From contig JAINCN010000025.1 of NCBI GenBank assembly GCA_036574075.1, forward strand, positions 3,336 through 67,335: a stretch of 64,000 bases of DNA. Reading direction: 5' to 3'. The number at the start of each line of letters is the position of its first letter. Positions within the stretch are counted from its first letter, which is position 1. The notes under the pieces were generated by a model. It searched no databases and was not told where the DNA came from. It was given only the letters and a program-made list of their open reading frames with translations. This DNA is from Deltaproteobacteria bacterium (GTDB lineage: Bacteria > Desulfobacterota > Dissulfuribacteria > Dissulfuribacterales > UBA5754). The translations under genes were made by a program, and so were the position numbers. Below, in pieces: positions 61,922 through 64,000 of the stretch.

Positions 61922-63178
61922 TCAGGCCTCTATAGTGTCTCCGTCCGGAAGGGAGGGGATGCCGGCCCAGGAGGTCTCGGAAACGCGGGGTCCCACGATG
62001 CAGTTCGTTCCCACTTTTGTGCCGGCGGGACAGACAGCCCATTTGCCGATGACAGTGAGCCCGGTCGAAAGGTGTTTGGGATACCGCTTGTTTGGGATGG
62101 ATGGATCCCCAATCCCGATTCGGCAGCCATGGCCTATGGAAACATATTTGTCTGCGATGACCCGGCTGAGAACGGCCCCGGTCTCCACGAGGACATCGTG
62201 CATGAGGACCGAATCGTGGACCTCTGCGCCCCTTTCCACCTTGACCCCCGGAGAGAGGACTGAATTGACGACGGTCCCGTGGATGGAACATCCTGGGGCA
62301 ATTGCCGAATTGGCAACCCGTGCCCCTGGATGGATCTGGATGGGGGGCCGATCGTAAGGAAGGTCGCAGTCGAGGTTCGTCGCGATTCCCCAGTTCTCGG
62401 GATAGAGTCCGCTCGCCGGGCGGAGGAGGTCCATGTTCGCGTCCCAGAATGCGTGGATCGTGCCCACGTCCCTCCAGTACCCGTTGAACCGGTAGGCGAA
62501 GAGGACCCCGTCAGCGAGGGCCTGAGGTATGATGTGGTGGCCGAAGTCCACGTCCTTTGTCCGGTTAAGGGCGTCGAGGAGATATGGGGTGTTGAAGACG
62601 TAGATCCCCAAGGATGCCAGATTGGAACGGGCCTTTTTGGGCTTTTCCTCCCAATCCACGATGCGCCCCTTATCGTCCAGTATGCCGATGCCGAAGTGGT
62701 GCGTATCCTCCAGCGGGACGGGCATCATGGCGACCGTGACCTCAGCCCCGGTTTTCCGGTGGTGATTTACCATGTCCCGGTAGTCCATGTGGTAGATGTG
62801 GTCGCCAGAGAGGATGAGGATCTGCCGGGATGGACGGGCCTGTATGAAGTCCATGTTCTGGCGGACGGCGTCCGCGGTCCCCTTGTACCAGTCCGAATCC
62901 TTTTCTCCGGTCCGTGGAGGAAGGATCTCTATGATCCGGGTCCGGCCGGTGAAGTCCCAGGCGGACCCGGTGCCGATGTGTCGCATGAGGGAAAGCGGCT
63001 TGTACTGGGTGAGCACCGCAGCCCGGGTAAGCCCTGAGTTCATGGTGTTCGACAGGGCGAAGTCGATGATCCGGTAGATCCCGCCAAAGGGAACGGCTGG
63101 TTTTGCCCGGTGGCTTACAAGGACATTGAGGCGGCTTCCGACGCCGCCTGCCAGGATCATGGCAAGGGTTTCGTGCAT
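61922..63178 (-). CDS. glgC: glucose-1-phosphate adenylyltransferase
   Basis: ILAGGVGSRLNVLVSHRAKPAVPFGGIYRIIDFALSN and a C-terminal left-handed beta-helix. 418 aa. Confidence 0.95.
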   Translation of the reverse strand: MHETLAMILAGGVGSRLNVLVSHRAKPAVPFGGIYRIIDFALSNTMNSGLTRAAVLTQYKPLSLMRHIGTGSAWDFTGRTRIIEILPPRTGEKDSDWYKGTADAVRQNMDFIQARPSRQILILSGDHIYHMDYRDMVNHHRKTGAEVTVAMMPVPLEDTHHFGIGILDDKGRIVDWEEKPKKARSNLASLGIYVFNTPYLLDALNRTKDVDFGHHIIPQALADGVLFAYRFNGYWRDVGTIHAFWDANMDLLRPASGLYPENWGIATNLDCDLPYDRPPIQIHPGARVANSAIAPGCSIHGTVVNSVLSPGVKVERGAEVHDSVLMHDVLVETGAVLSRVIADKYVSIGHGCRIGIGDPSIPNKRYPKHLSTGLTVIGKWAVCPAGTKVGTNCIVGPRVSETSWAGIPSLPDGDTIEA

Positions 63179-63184
63179 CTTCTC

Positions 63185-63844
63185 TCAGGCCCGGGGTTCG
63201 ATGAAGACCTCCACTCTTCGGTTGAGCTGGCGCCCCTCTGGGGTGGCGTTACTTGCGATCGGCCTGCTCTCGCCGTATCCAAGGGCAGTGAGCCTTTCAG
63301 GTGCGATGCCGCGGGAGATGAGGGCGTTTTTTACGGCCTCGGCACGTCGCTGGGAGAGGTCCAGATTGGCCTGTTCGGAGCCAGTGCTGTCCGTATGGCC
63401 CTCGATGCGGATGCGGGTCTCGGGATACTGCTGAAGTACCTGGGCCATTCGGTCGATTTCCGCATAAGCGCCCGGCTGGATGGCGCTCGATCCGGTGGAA
63501 AAGAGGACATCGCCCTTGAACGTAACAGCGATGGCATCCCCGGTCCGCTGTATGGAAGTGGCGTTTGAATGCGCCATGGCGTTTCTGAGGGCCTGTTCCT
63601 GATTGTCCATGTAGCGACCGATGCCGGCCCCGGCAAGCCCGCCGACTGCAGCACCTATGGCCGTCCCGATGAGTGTGCCCTTGGTGTCATGGCCGATCGC
63701 TTGGCCGATTATGGCCCCGGCGGCAGCCCCCCCCGCCGTTCCGTAGAGTGCGCCCTGTCCCGTCTTGGTCTGGGGTGGCGCGCATCCGCTGATACCCGTC
63801 AAAAAGGTGAGTCCGACCCCTGCGGCGATCCATCTGTTATTCAT
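63185..63844 (-). CDS. OmpA-family lipoprotein with glycine-zipper region
   Basis: Lipobox ISGC, a Gly-rich zipper (GGAAAGAIIGQAIG), and a C-terminal OmpA-like domain (IEGHTDSTGSEQANLDLSQRRAEAV...NRRVEV). Confidence 0.88.
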   Translation of the reverse strand: MNNRWIAAGVGLTFLTGISGCAPPQTKTGQGALYGTAGGAAAGAIIGQAIGHDTKGTLIGTAIGAAVGGLAGAGIGRYMDNQEQALRNAMAHSNATSIQRTGDAIAVTFKGDVLFSTGSSAIQPGAYAEIDRMAQVLQQYPETRIRIEGHTDSTGSEQANLDLSQRRAEAVKNALISRGIAPERLTALGYGESRPIASNATPEGRQLNRRVEVFIEPRA

Positions 63845-63865
63845 GGCATGACCTCCTTTGGTTTT

Positions 63866-63945
63866 CCTGAATCCGTGGGCCTACGGACGGGGTATTTGTT
63901 CCGTGCGGCAAATAGCCCCCATTCATAGGGGCAGATTTGCCGTTT
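63866..63945 (+). repeat. MITE-like repeat, copy E (left half intact, right half decayed)
   Basis: CCTGAATCCGTGGGCCTACGGACGGGGTATTTGTTCCGTGCGGCAAATAGCCCCCATTCATAGGGGCAGATTTGCC matches the left TIR, left IR and hairpin 1. The downstream sequence no longer matches before the window ends. Confidence 0.65.
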
Positions 63946-64000
63946 ATACCCTATCCAAATATAGCATGAAAGGACCGGGAGAGCACAATCCTTAATGCGC

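Overview
This is a GC-rich, gene-dense 64-kb stretch of core chromosome from a diderm bacterium (LptE and an OmpA-family lipoprotein are present). About 60 protein genes were recognised from the supplied translations, mostly on the minus strand in tightly packed or overlapping operons. They include cobQ, the thpR-cinA-pgpA neighbourhood, nadB, thyX, rpoZ, dnaJ, moaC and dksA. There is a GH57/GalT-like/receiver cluster, rpsT, and the lptE-leuS-nusB-ribH-ribBA-ribE-ribD-nrdR-dCMP deaminase run. Further along are ftsH-folP-cdaA-cdaR-glmM and a complete dcw cluster (mraZ to ftsZ). The remaining genes are a receiver-GGDEF gene, Nudix-suhB-folC, a nine-heme lipoprotein cytochrome c, ilvE, glyQS, glgC and an OmpA-family lipoprotein. 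I found no rRNA, tRNA, CRISPR array, prophage or recognisable defence operon. The features ordinary annotation would not explain are listed here. (1) A family of ~170-bp MITE-like palindromic elements has 12-bp terminal inverted repeats and 5-6-bp flanking duplications. Its twin-hairpin core points the same way in all six copies, while the outer shell is flipped in one copy. (2) The dcw cluster is atypical: murE and murF are fused, the FtsI homologue has no SxxK, SxN or K(T/S)G motifs, and there is no ftsW or ddl. (3) A ~0.9-kb AT-rich single-gene cassette (coiled-coil plus PD-(D/E)XK-like protein) is bracketed by ~42-bp direct repeats. (4) A DegT-type aminotransferase carries a ~145-aa PIN-like N-terminal extension. 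(5) A ~470-bp non-coding mosaic lies between a receiver gene and a PilZ gene. All calls come from reading the sequence and the ORF translations by eye. No searches were run, so family assignments are motif- and synteny-based, and start codons are the least certain coordinates.
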